Positions 48,986 to 62,685 of a DNA stretch of 64,000 nucleotides are shown one piece after another (the stretch's first letter is position 1; the number at the start of each line of letters is the position of its first letter). The stretch is from the NCBI RefSeq assembly GCF_006345805.1, contig NC_042997.1:124248001-124312000 (forward strand), written 5' to 3'. The position numbers were made by a program, and so were the translations under genes. The DNA is from Octopus sinensis. Taxonomy: Eukaryota. The notes under the pieces were generated by a model that had not been told where the DNA came from, searched no databases, and was given only the letters and a program-made list of their open reading frames with translations.

Positions 48986-50271
48986 AAAACATTCATAGAC
49001 ATGATATCATGAAAACTATATTTAAAAGAACAGAGAAAATAAACCCAATGAGCATTGCGCATATTTTACGAAGGAGTCTACCAACTGAAATTTCATATCA
49101 CTTTTATCTTGCACGCGCATGAACACGTGTTTTTTTTAATAATTTATCCAACCATAGGACTTCTCGACATCGCATAATCATCAATCTTATTAAGACAATC
49201 ATATCCGGAAATTTGGAATGTCCAAAATATTTATATGTCATCTGTGTAATATATTTTCTGACACAATGCAAAATATTTTGTGGGGATATAATACACTTGA
49301 ATCATGGAAAATATTCTTACGGCCAGATAATGCAGCAAAGCTTTTGTATGTACAGTAACCTACCTCAATTCAGCACTTACCAATAAACAAGATGAGGCAC
49401 TCATGTGAAACACTATCTCATTGCAAAATTGATAATGCTGAAATAGTATGCTACTTTAACATAGAAACAGGTCAAAAGGGAACATATGTACCATAATTAT
49501 TTTGCGTAACAAAATGTAGAAAATCAATTAAATATCGGTAAAGCAATATCAAATAAGCCTATAGTAGGATATAGCTGTCACAGAATTCTGTTACGTGGTG
49601 AAACTATGTAAGGTGTCTGGGGAAGAATATGATAATTGTGTATACTATTAAATTATTTTGAGATATATTTGGAATGTTGTGCTGAAGCGAGTTGAGAGGC
49701 TGTTGGAAAACGGTGTCATAGATGTTGAATCAAAAACATTACGGCATGGAATGGTTGTGACCATAATTGCATCATTAGTTGATGTAAATATAATTATATA
49801 CAAACAATTTTTGAAAGCCATTGACATATTTCATATGAGAGTAGAGATATATGAACTTTCAAGTAAACTAAAATACTATTGCCGGTACGTATTGTTTGAT
49901 AATTCTCATGCGGATTGGTTGAGTTTAATCATTCTTATGGATGGTTATTCAGGCATTCCTATTAAATTTTTAAAGTTTTTTTCAAGAAATGCGACTATTT
50001 ATATAGTACTAATTGCAGGAATACTAAATATAATAACGATAATATATTACTAACAACAACAATAACAACAACAATAATACTGATAATAACAAATAGGGAT
50101 AAAGATAATGAGCATGGTAGTAATTTACAGTAGACAAAATTAGTTAATCAAAGCAATGTTTAATATGCGTGAAGCAGGACATCACAATTAATATTCGTAC
50201 GTCCGACTGGCATAAAAATGTATTTAGTGATGGCCGTTATAGTTGAAATAATAGTAGTTGTTTTTGTGGAG

Positions 50272-50307
<36 letters not shown>

Positions 50308-50607
50308 CCAGATATTGAAAGAACAGAAACTGCTGTGGTGGTGTTTGTAGAGGTATTTTGTGGTAGGAACATCAATAAAAAGTTTACCCAATGAGCACAG
50401 GTATGGAGGGAATTGATATTTATGCTTTATCTTCGGCATGAAAAAGAAACTGCAGTCGGTAAGTTAAAATAACATATTGTATGTATGCGAAAACGATAAA
50501 AGGGAAAAAGTTATATGAGTGTATTTGATTTCATAGCATGAATCGACCACATGTAGGGAGTCATTTTATCCTAATCTGCTTGTTCTCTTAACAAATATTC
50601 TAAGTAA

Positions 50608-50620
50608 AATAATAATAATG

Positions 50621-50656
<36 letters not shown>

Positions 50657-50688
50657 TAATAATAATAGTAATAATAATAGTAATAATA

Positions 50689-50742
<54 letters not shown>

Positions 50743-50816
50743 TAATGATGATAATAATAATAATAATAATAATAATAATAGTAATAATAATAGTAATAAT
50801 AATAGTAATAATAATG

Positions 50817-50874
<58 letters not shown>

Positions 50875-50909
50875 TAATAATAATAAAAATAATAATAATA
50901 ATAATAAGT

Positions 50910-50961
<52 letters not shown>
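50608..50961. repeat. ~350-bp (AAT)n array
   Basis: Direct reading. Confidence 0.97.
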
Positions 50962-50963
<2 letters not shown>

Positions 50964-51046
50964 TGCCTTGATACAGTACCAGGCAGTGGCTTTCATGGCA
51001 CCGGATCTTAAGATATTGGAAGTGCTATCATGTACACTGCTTTGTC
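50962..51046 (+). mobile_element. Family E terminal 85 bp only, opposite orientation
   Basis: AATGCCTTGATACAGTACCAGGCAGTGGCTTTCATGGC..GATCTTAA..TTGGAAGTG.TATCATGTACA is the reverse complement of ~26925-27007 and ~43140-43225; AAT on both sides. Confidence 0.85.
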
Positions 51047-51194
51047 AATAATAATTTTTTTTTGACCATCAAAAATATAATTAAAATAAAAATTATAATT
51101 AGTTCTTAACTGGCTACAATGGCTACACAGATATAAAAAATATATATTATAAGAAAGAGAGAGACAGGGACTCAGATGTCGTGGAAGAGATACA

Positions 51195-51310
51195 AGTGAT
51201 TATTTTGGCTGCAGTAATTGATGTATAGACCTGTTACCGACCTCGAAAGGAAAGAGAGCAAAATTGACCCCGGCGAGATTTCCGCTCAGACCGTAAAATG
51301 ACGTAATTAA
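51195..51310 (-). mobile_element. Degenerate SINE type B fragment
   Basis: CCGACCTCGAAAGGAAAGAGAGCAAAATTGACCCCGGCGAGATTT..CTCAGACCGTAAA. Confidence 0.55.
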
Positions 51311-51649
51311 CTAATTTAATGCAAAGCATGTTCTCCAAACTTATACTTATTTTACCAGATGATAATGAAAAAAATCTAAACAACAATCCTTAAAAACCTC
51401 GCTACATCATCAATTGCTATCAGCTTTGTGTAAAAAAAATAAGAAGATAAAATACCAACCAGAAGCAAATTAGCGATTCCAGAATGTTCTTGCATCCGGC
51501 CATTCACAACTGCCATACATTTCTCTGCTGCTACTTACCTTTAACATTTCGGCTGCCATTGGAGATCCCGTAGATGCAATATTTCGTAGGATATATATTC
51601 ACATACACATGACATACATGTATGTGTATGGTTATGTATACATGCATAT

Positions 51650-51652
51650 ATA

Positions 51653-51726
<74 letters not shown>

Positions 51727-51727
51727 G

Positions 51728-51758
<31 letters not shown>

Positions 51759-51801
51759 TATATTACATATAGATATAGATATAGAGATATATAGATATAT
51801 A

Positions 51802-51835
<34 letters not shown>

Positions 51836-51935
51836 TATCTACATACGATATATATATATAATATGATATATGTATAGTATATTATATATAATACATATAT
51901 ACATATAGAATATATGTAATATATAGATATACATA

Positions 51936-51966
<31 letters not shown>

Positions 51967-51970
51967 GTGT
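51650..51970. repeat. Imperfect (AT)n array
   Basis: Direct reading. Confidence 0.95.
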
Positions 51971-52445
51971 GTATACATACACGTATACATATACATATAG
52001 CGATGTTCACAGAGCGACTTAAGCCTATGTAAACGCATACATACACAGAAATGGACTTATATGAACGAAAATATTGGTATACATACATACTTACATACAT
52101 GCAAGCGTATATATATATGTACAAAAGTACATATAGGTATATTTTATAACATACGTACACAGCACATTCATACAAACATGCACACACATACGCACAGAAT
52201 TACTGTAATAGCCACGTTGAGCAAGACAATAAATAACTAATATACCAAACAAGACATCCATTACGGTTCTCGCCAAAATTCATTAGTGACGTCATAGATA
52301 ACCTTCCAAATAAGACTATATTATGACGTGTGTGCACTCGACCTTAGAAAAGAGGGTACGATGGTTGGGTAGGGTGGGGCACTAAATTTAATGGGGTGTT
52401 GTTTCAAATATATATATATATGTATATATATATAATATATATATA

Positions 52446-52485
<40 letters not shown>

Positions 52486-52664
52486 CGATATCTGCATGTG
52501 AAGTTGCACCTTCTCAGTTATAAAATTTAATTATTATTATTAGTGACATTTGACACGTGTGATTATACGTAGTTATTTCACTGGTAATATATGAAAAAAT
52601 CATTAAAAACGAAATAAGGGAAAAAGAAAGAAATTCTACAAATAAATATAAGAATAATAAAATA

Positions 52665-52855
<191 letters not shown>

Positions 52856-53440
52856 ATTAAATTTTAAATAAACAGAAGCCGGTAAAATATATGTCCCTGG
52901 TTTTTGGTTATCTAGAGAGTGACTAATGACAGTTGATGAGAATAGCCATATTGTATAAACATTCTTAAATGTTTGGAAAAGAGGCAAGAATACACGAAAC
53001 ACTTGTATTGTGAAGAACCTTTTTTATTATTTCAGGAAAACGTGAATACAAATTGATATGATTTCAATTGGATTTGATGTATATAGATGTATATATGTAT
53101 ATGCATTGATATAAATGTAATTATGTATATATGTAAGTATATAGATATAGCTGTATAAGTGTATACATATATGTATACCTTAAAACTACGATTATATATT
53201 ATACCCCTACATACATTTATATAAGTATGTGTGTAATTATACATGTATATATATCTTTGCATATTTGTATAATTATATAGATGTAACGGGTGTATATTTA
53301 TATACATTTATATATATATGTGATATATATATATATATATACATATATATAAATATATGTCTATATGTATATATACCTATATATATATATATACATACAT
53401 ATATATATATACATATATATATACATACATATATTATATT

Positions 53441-53473
<33 letters not shown>

Positions 53474-53671
53474 TATATATAACAGGATGTATTAACTTGG
53501 TGGGAATTGTGTCACAAACGTTGGTAAACTGGATAATACCCTATGTCTAATTTCAGACTCATTTTAAAAGAGGTTGACGGCGACTGCATGAACATTTTAA
53601 ACATGAGGAAATAATCATATTTACCAACAGGGAATTAGATGTATTGATGTATATATATATATATAATATAT

Positions 53672-53717
<46 letters not shown>

Positions 53718-54414
53718 ATATATATGCTTATATATATTTACATGTATGTATGTATATATATATATATATATATATTAATGTATATGACGTTTTAGTTTTT
53801 AGATTTTGAAAGTAAACTGTTACAGTATTGATATCGAAGTTTTTTTATTTGTTTCTTTTTTATGTTAGGAAAATTATCAACCATATTCACAGTTCTATTC
53901 TTATTCAATAATACCATATTAAAAGTTTTCTATTTATTCTGTATTATTTCACATCTATAAATTGGGGAGTGGAGCAACTCACTCCACACAAAATAAATCA
54001 GTGCTATCATTCTGATGGCTCTATACAACAGTACAAAACATTGCATGTATTTAATACCTCAACATATTCAACCCCGTGTACATTCTAGGTGTTATTACGT
54101 ATATGTGATGAAATTTGGATTTACTAAAGATCATTCATAAAGTTGTTTATATGTGTCTTTCGAAAACTGTATCAAAACTGTAATTACTTATGTATGATTA
54201 TATTCAAAAGACGACAGATTTAGAGAAGGAGCAACACACAGAAAATGACAGAGAAATAGAGAGAACATTACAGAAAAAGTGGAGTGAAGGAGGCCAGTCC
54301 TGTTGTGTATATTTATTAGGAAAGTCTAATATTTAACAGATTAAATTTTCATATTCTATAGCGAAGTGAAAAGTCACGTTTAGACACATGGTTCAGCAAT
54401 GGGATATATGAATA

Positions 54415-54485
54415 TGTATATATATATATATTATATATATATATATATATACATACATATATATATATATATACACATACATATA

Positions 54486-54540
<55 letters not shown>

Positions 54541-54586
54541 ATACATACATATTTATATACATCCATACATATATATTTATACATAC

Positions 54587-54650
<64 letters not shown>

Positions 54651-54700
54651 ATATACATACATATTTATATACATCCATACATATATATTTATATATATAT
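54415..54700. repeat. (AT)n/(AC) array
   Basis: Direct reading. Confidence 0.95.
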
Positions 54701-57700
54701 ACACCAGCTTGAAAACGGAACATAATATATTAAGGAACATGATGTTTTTAAAAATCGAAAAATATATCATTTTCAAAAATTGAGAATGACTACACGTTAC
54801 GTTTTCTATATGATTGCTTATTGAATTATGTGTTGAAATATATGCTTATTTTGCTCATGTCTCTATTTTCACGGGATTATTTGATTAACAGATGGATACG
54901 AACGTTCATTTAATATATGCATACATATATGAATAAGTGCGTGATTTTATGAATGTGTGCCTCTGTGTGTGTGTGAATATATGTGTGTGCGTATGTGTGT
55001 GTGCATGTGTATGTGTGTTTTGGATACAAAACTATTTTTTTGTTTTCTAACACTGAGATTATTGTAGCTTGCAAATATACCGCAATTGGAGCTAGATTTT
55101 AGATTTCGTGTGGCATTATTGTTAAGGCTGATGTTATTCAAGTGTTCCAATACGATCCCTACTGCAATTATTGCATCTTAAGTGATTGCTCTTAGATGAT
55201 CGTAGTCTGCATATCCCTATTTTCTTTGCATCCTCATCTTGCAAATACTATTCATGTATTTAACACATTTTTATAACTTTAAGAACTATTGAAGTATATA
55301 TAAATCTAAACGAATTACAAATTACTGACCGCATCGGTTGTTTTTCTACCATTACTCTAAATCTTTGGAGTCTGCCTATAAGTCACATAGAGCTCAATAT
55401 CTGATACTGTATGTCGGTACCATTTGTCACCTTGTAATTATTATATTGAATTCATTTAACTACCTACGATTGATCAGTGTCCTATATAGCCGAATAGTTT
55501 CCTTCTCTCATAAACTTAACGCCTCTCAATTGGGAATGATCACAAGCATCAAGCGATACATATAATTAAATGTGCTCTATGATATACATATATTATATAT
55601 ACATATATACATACATACCTATATATATATATTATATATAATATATATATATATATTTAATTAAATATATTCAATAAAATATTTGCGATGATAATATTAA
55701 ATTAAGCAAATTAAATTCATGGTGAATAATCTTAATACGCACAAATGACTCCGAACACAAGATCGCATGGAAAATACCGACGTGTTCAGAATGTAAGATT
55801 CTCTGGTTGAAAAGTGATTATGTTTGATCTTGCAATATTTAACATGTCTATAAATCGCATATATATTACTATAGTAGATTAGTTAATGGTATTTCAATGC
55901 AATATTGTTGAGTATAAGAGTAAGGAAGAATATAAAGTGAGACTTCTCCTGAAACAGCTTATTCAAAGGAACTGCAATGAACCATTAAGAATGAATAAAT
56001 TTAATCTAACATTGCCAAACACCTATATCATTATCACAACATGTCTATATCAATAAATAAGCATATAGTGTACGCTCGTGTGTGTATAGTTACCACCATG
56101 AATATTTTGGTTATTGATACTTGTTTTTCCAGAAGTATATTCTTCTGCGGTATGTTGACATATATATATATGAAATATATAACAATATGTTATCTAAGGG
56201 AATGTGTGTCGTCTAACAGTATATCGGTTATTTCGTAAGTAACATTAAACTAATAATATTAATTATGATATCTAATCATATTTTTAGTTATAGTGTATAA
56301 AACCGGAGGCAAAATGCAGCATCTATATTTACAAAACGTTCTGTTGCTTTTTACTGCTGATTACATATAAAAACATTGTTATCGGAGTCTTGTTATAAGG
56401 AATACCTTGTAATTTCCATGGCAGGTTCTCCTGCAAACGCATATTATATTAACAAATGTTGTTCAGTTACTTCTGTGTGCATAACTATAGAACTGAACTA
56501 ACAATGACACACTCTTTCAAGCAGCAAATACTATGCAAATAAATCTTCAACCGTTGCTGAAGCTACGTTGAAATTAAGCTTTGCAGAAAGGAGTATGAAG
56601 ATGAATCGTTACAAAATGATTTTGCAACGAATTTAAACTAAGAAGCGGTAATGCTCATATTTAAAGTCTAAACAGAATATTCACTTTGTATATTGTTCAA
56701 AAGTTCTATCAATTATATATTCACATACATACGCATACACACATATCTGTGTGTGTGAGTGAGTATGCATGTATATATGTGTTTGTACATGTATATGTGG
56801 GGAGTTGATGATATAAAAGGATAGAGTGTGAAGAGTGTGAGAGAATGCGTTACGTAGCTGAATCAATCACATAAAACTATACTGCAGTTAAAATACGTGA
56901 AAGTTTAAACGTTTACAAACCACCTCAACCGATCTGTTGTTTGCATTCGCACCGTGTTTATATATCCTTAACTAACAGAATTAGCAATGATATTAAGATA
57001 GACGTACACCAACGAAATGTATAGAATATTTTACTATGCACACTTAGAACGAAGAGAACTCAGTTGTAGAGTGTACACTATCGTTCAATACTGTTAATTT
57101 GGACTGCTGGAAACTGGACACTATTCGCCTTATACTTAAATACATAAACGCATCTATGTCGTGTGTTTTTTGAGTTGAAAAACACAGTATCTATTAGATG
57201 TTTTATATATTTTAACGCTTCGCAGTGTTCCGTTTTTTATGCCTGTTTAAATTTTCTTTCTTCATATGTGTGTGTATGTGTGTGTGTTTACATATATCCA
57301 ACTACATATACGCTATATACATAATGATATGTATTTATTCATTTCATTTCATTCTTAACAATATATATTGGCCATTAATGACATCAACAATATTTACATA
57401 AAAGCAGTAAAAATATATAAGTATAAAAACATGTTCCGAGTGCAAAATTAAGATGGATATGCTCTTGTATTTTTCTGCTTTCTGTTGTTATCTTTTTTTC
57501 GCCAATTTAGAATGACATAGGAAAACATATATAATATAACAACATGGCAATTTCAAATTATCATATACATATTTAGGACAGAAGAGGAAAATGGATGGAT
57601 ATCGAAAATAACTTAACTGAGAACAAACTGAGAAATGCTTAGAATCAAAATCAAACATTATGGCTTCTAGAGGTGTGGTGCACACACGCTATATATTTTT

Positions 57701-57909
57701 ACTGAAAAATTAATTTTGACGTTTATGGAAATTAAACGATTCCTATTAAAGTTAGATACCATAATTACGCATACATGAAGAATTTGTTTAATGTGTTAAA
57801 ATGGTATAAGTATCTCGAGCAGCTATTTATGGTATGAAATTCATAAATTCATATCCAATGAAACAGATATATATGTGTGTGTGTGTATGTGTGTGTTTCA
57901 TTGAATATG

Positions 57910-57961
<52 letters not shown>

Positions 57962-58128
57962 GCACACAAACAGACACACACACACATTTGCAAAATAATA
58001 ACAAGTAAATAAATCTAATAGCATTTCAACAAACAATCTAAGCAAGGAAGAAGTCTACTTGTTCAATTAACACGACGTAACCATTAGCATTGTTATAATT
58101 CAATCATATGCAGCAAAAGAATATACGT

Positions 58129-58167
<39 letters not shown>

Positions 58168-58195
58168 TATATATATAAATCACTATTATTATTAC

Positions 58196-58246
<51 letters not shown>

Positions 58247-58468
58247 CATGATATATTATACTAGATTATATGATATTATATATACTGCATATACAGCGTA
58301 TATATACAGCTGTTTCGATAAATGAATGTATACATATAAATTATATTAATATTTCTCTATTTGCAATATGGATATCCTAAAATACTAGGCAACAGTAATT
58401 GTATATCAAAATGTACAGCGTCTGTTGAGTCAGCTTTCATAATTGTTACTGTCATGGAAGCTGTGTTG

Positions 58469-58528
58469 CTGGCGAAGGTTTAGTGTTCGTTTGATAGTCT
58501 GGCGAAGGTGTAGTGTACGTTTGATAGT
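58469..58528. repeat. 30-bp tandem duplication
   Basis: CTGGCGAAGGTTTAGTGTTCGTTTGATAGT / CTGGCGAAGGTGTAGTGTACGTTTGATAGT (28/30). Confidence 0.9.
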
Positions 58529-58811
58529 GTGGTAGCTTGGTGGTTTTAATGGTAGTGGATTTTCAGACTTCTGCGAGTAGACAAAATTTGAATGATCCTC
58601 AAAGATTTCCATCGAAACCAACATCACTTTCCTTCAATAAATATGCAAGTGCACATATCTTTAGGATATTAGTACATTTAAGTTCTTCCTTGCATTCAAA
58701 GTTTGTATAATAATAATGTAACAAGTATTTTTTGGTAAGTCAAGTTCATTGTTTTATGGGTACAAGACTAAGGTCGTGTGCATGCACGTAGTTCTATATG
58801 TTTATAAGCAT

Positions 58812-59244
58812 ATTCTTTTCTACTCTAGGCACAAAGCCCGAAATTTTGGGGGAAAGGGCCAGTCAATTAGATCGGCCCCAGTACGCAACTGGTACTTAAT
58901 TTATCGACCCCGAAAGGATATCAGGCAAAGTCGACCTCGGTGGAATTTGAACTCAGAACACAAAGACAGACGAAATACCACTAAGCATTTCGCCCGGCGT
59001 ACTAACGTTTCTTATTTCTTTACTGCCCACAAAGGGGCTACACACAGAGGGGACAAACAAAGACAGACAAACGGATTAAGTCGATTACATCGACCCCAGT
59101 GTGTAACTGGCACTTAATTTATCCACCCCGAAAAGATGAAAGACAAAGTCGGCCTCGGCGGAATTTGAACTCAGAACGTATCGTCGGGTGAACTATCACA
59201 AAGCATTTCACACGGCGTGCTAACGTTTCTGCCAGCTCGCCGCC
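58812..59244 (-). mobile_element. SINE type B dimer (B2-tailed copy followed by B1-tailed copy)
   Basis: 59244-59013 is a full B with tail ..GGGCAGTAAAGAAATA joined directly to AGAAACGTTAGTACGCC.. of a second B (59012-58812) lacking its first ~14 nt and ending ..CCTAGAGTAGAAAAGAAT. Confidence 0.9.
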
Positions 59245-60252
59245 TTGTTTATAAACTTATTCTAACGTAATGGATATGCATGTATATGTTTGTTTATATG
59301 CACGTGCGAAATATGTTTGAAACAGAGTAATCTTTACAGAAGTGTAATATATGTGTATGTGAGGACACGTGTGCTTTTATTTTCTTTCTGAGTGTACCTA
59401 AGTGAATACCATCTTGGATAAATAGCGTCTTACATGTAAATATATATATATTTTTAATATTTGTGTGCATCCGTGTTTGAATCTCTTTCTGCGAACGGTT
59501 ATGAGTGTAGGATTCAATATATTCAATAGTATAACAAAAAAGTTTTTAGAAATATTATTTTAATTAAATTGCAATTCAATTCCGCTAAAACGTATTAATA
59601 CGATTGTATACAGCCAAACTACATAAGAAAAACACGTACTAAACTAATATATCAGCTGTCATATTACGTTCCGTCTTTCAAACGACATCTCTACCAGAAA
59701 CCTATGCAAATATATCCTATGCAGAAAACAAACAAGAGAAGTCTTTGAAAAATATATGATTTGAAATTTGTTATTATAAAGTATATACATATAAAACGAC
59801 TACGAAGATTAATAGAAACAAAATAAAATAAAATATCAATCAAATCAGACGAAAGGATTGAAATCGTGATGAATTATTTCCCTTAAGAATCTGACAACGT
59901 GAGTCAATAATTAAGCGTATTTAAAATATAAGCATAATAAATGTCTGAAAATTAAAAGGGAATCTTTTCTCTAATAATTTTATTGACATAAAAATTTCCC
60001 TCAAATATAGGGAGTGTATAATCCCTTCAAAAGTCTGATAGGGTTTTGTAATCTTATAATCATATATTTTGTAAAGATATAATTTAAAAATACTATTTGG
60101 CATTACGTTTGTAAGATATTCTCAACAAATATTCAATTATTAAATCTGCAGTCATATGAATATCTTCAAGGACATATATATATGCGAATTCTGCGTAAAT
60201 TAGGAAACGGTAGCGACTGAAACCTTGTACGGATTATAAACGTTTACATTAC

Positions 60253-60430
60253 GTTCTTTTCTATTCTAGAAAAAGGGCCCGGAATTTTTGGGTGGGGGAA
60301 GGGGCCAGTCAATTAGATCTACGCGAGTACGCAAATGGTACTTGATTTATCGACCCCGAAAGGATGAAAGGCAAAGTCGACCTTGGCGGAATTTGAATTC
60401 AGAACGTCTAGACAGACGAAATACTAGCGT
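60253..60430 (-). mobile_element. SINE type B (B1 tail), 5'-truncated
   Basis: TTTATCGACCCCGAAAGGATGAAAGGCAAAGTCGACCTTGGCGGAATTTGAATTCAGAACGT. Confidence 0.88.
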
Positions 60431-61509
60431 TTATGTGGTCTAATATAAGACCACAGAAACCCCTAGTTGGCAATTCTTTTTTTCCGTTACGAGGCTTTAT
60501 ATTTCCTAATATTGGATTATTATCTACGGGTAACATACGGTTAAGGCTGAGAATTCTATTTAATGTGAATGTGTGTATTTGCTTGTGCGTTAGTGTGGTG
60601 TGTACGTAAGTATGTACGTACGTACGTCGTATGTACGTACGTATGTAAGTATGTATGTGTGCATGTATTTATGTAAGCATGCAGGTATTTATGTATGTAT
60701 ATATGTTTTTGTATATGTAGACGGGTATGCATACATACACACATGTATTCTTATGTATATTACATATATGAGTGTGAAGTGTGTGTGACTGGGGTGAATA
60801 TTTGTTCAAAACGAATCCATTCTTCTGTGTGCAGAAAAATAGTTATCACTGCTTAGTAGTTATTGCTGTAAAAGAGTCTACATTATATGATGAATAAATT
60901 ATGTCCATTTTCAAGTAAGAGTGATATATTAGAAGTCAGACGGAAGATGTACATGTAGAAAGCAAGCCTCTAGAAATGGGTGGGCTGGTATCCAATTAAC
61001 CTTATTTCATATGAAATGAACGTGATATTAGGTCTTTATATTACAAGTTGTTCCGTAATTATACTTTTTCACAACGTTCAGTAATTACAAAAATTCAAAA
61101 TATATTTGCTGAATTAATGAAGATTTATGTAATATTGCTTTAATTAACACAATATATGGTCGCAGAATAATACAAATGTTGAGTATGCACGACAAAGTAT
61201 AACATTGCAATAGAATCCAATTTAGCTTCTAGTGGGACATTTACATTACCGTTCTGCAAATTCGCAACGGTAATAATTTTAACTGAAAGTTTCCAAGTGT
61301 TTCGAATTTAGTTGCTTACGAACTACTTGGTGTTGTTGTTGATGCGTATAAAACTGTACTCATAATATATACTCACTGTAGCAACAACACTTGATAAATT
61401 TTGATTAGCTCATTAGGGTCATACTCTGAAATTGTTTTGTCCTATTTGATTTTTGGTTTGTTTGTTTTTTGCGAAGTCCTTGCTACTATACGGTTTATAA
61501 TTACATATA

Positions 61510-61680
<171 letters not shown>

Positions 61681-62586
61681 TGTATATATATTTATGTCTA
61701 TACGTATATATATATTACATATATATACATTATATATATTCATATACTTATGCATGTTTGCATATATAACTTCGTCTTCATAAAATCTAGTGTTACAATT
61801 CATTATTACTTACTTTACCGTCTATGAGTGATACATATATCCTATTTCAATTACCTCTCCTTTACACTCTTTTTCTTCTCGTTATTTATATATATGAATA
61901 ACTCCTAGCGACCGTATCAAGGTTGATTTATTCACCTCATATTCAAAATTTAATAATACATACATATGTATCTATGTATGTAGGTACGTATGTATGTATG
62001 TATATATGTGTGTATGCATGTGTGTGTATGAAGGTGAATGTTTATCTATGCATAAAGAAAGGCAATTCTTGTGTGTGATGTTCTTTCCTTTTTTTGTACG
62101 TTAATGTCCGAAAGATTATTCTGAGCGAACCCTCAGGCGTAATATTGCTAGAAAAACTTATTCGCATTTCAGCTCCCTTCGATCAATATAATCCATTATT
62201 TATATTACTGATTAAAACCACCAAAGATATGTCAGTCACAACAACAGAAGCTGGAATATCATAACATGGAGCATGAAAATCACTTGATATACTATTCGAT
62301 TGAAATTATTTTACGCAATAATATGAAGCTTATAGTATATTGAACCAAAGAAACGACCACAAAAAAATCACACACACATCAGCTAATACGCACACATTGC
62401 ATATCAAGCGAAAAATGCACATGCACACACTTCTACAAATGAAACATACATTTTGACGCAACATCAGACTGATGTAGTATCAAAGAACAAGAATTGAATT
62501 AGCTATAGCAATAATATTAGATATTGTAATCCACACGTGTCCGTGTATGTATGAGCATATACATACATACACACATGCATACACAT

Positions 62587-62685
<99 letters not shown>

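Noticed and set aside
49658-50053. 131-aa plus ORF in non-repetitive DNA
   Set aside because: TTG start, no recognisable domain, no convincing flanking splice sites; cannot be supported without homology or RNA data.
50160-50460. Thr-rich mucin-like minus ORF and a possible 58-nt plus exon
   Set aside because: The Thr run comes from an (AGT)n microsatellite; the exon has no supporting partner or homology.
60434-60455. 8-bp perfect hairpin TGTGGTCT/AGACCACA
   Set aside because: Short enough to be expected by chance in 64 kb.
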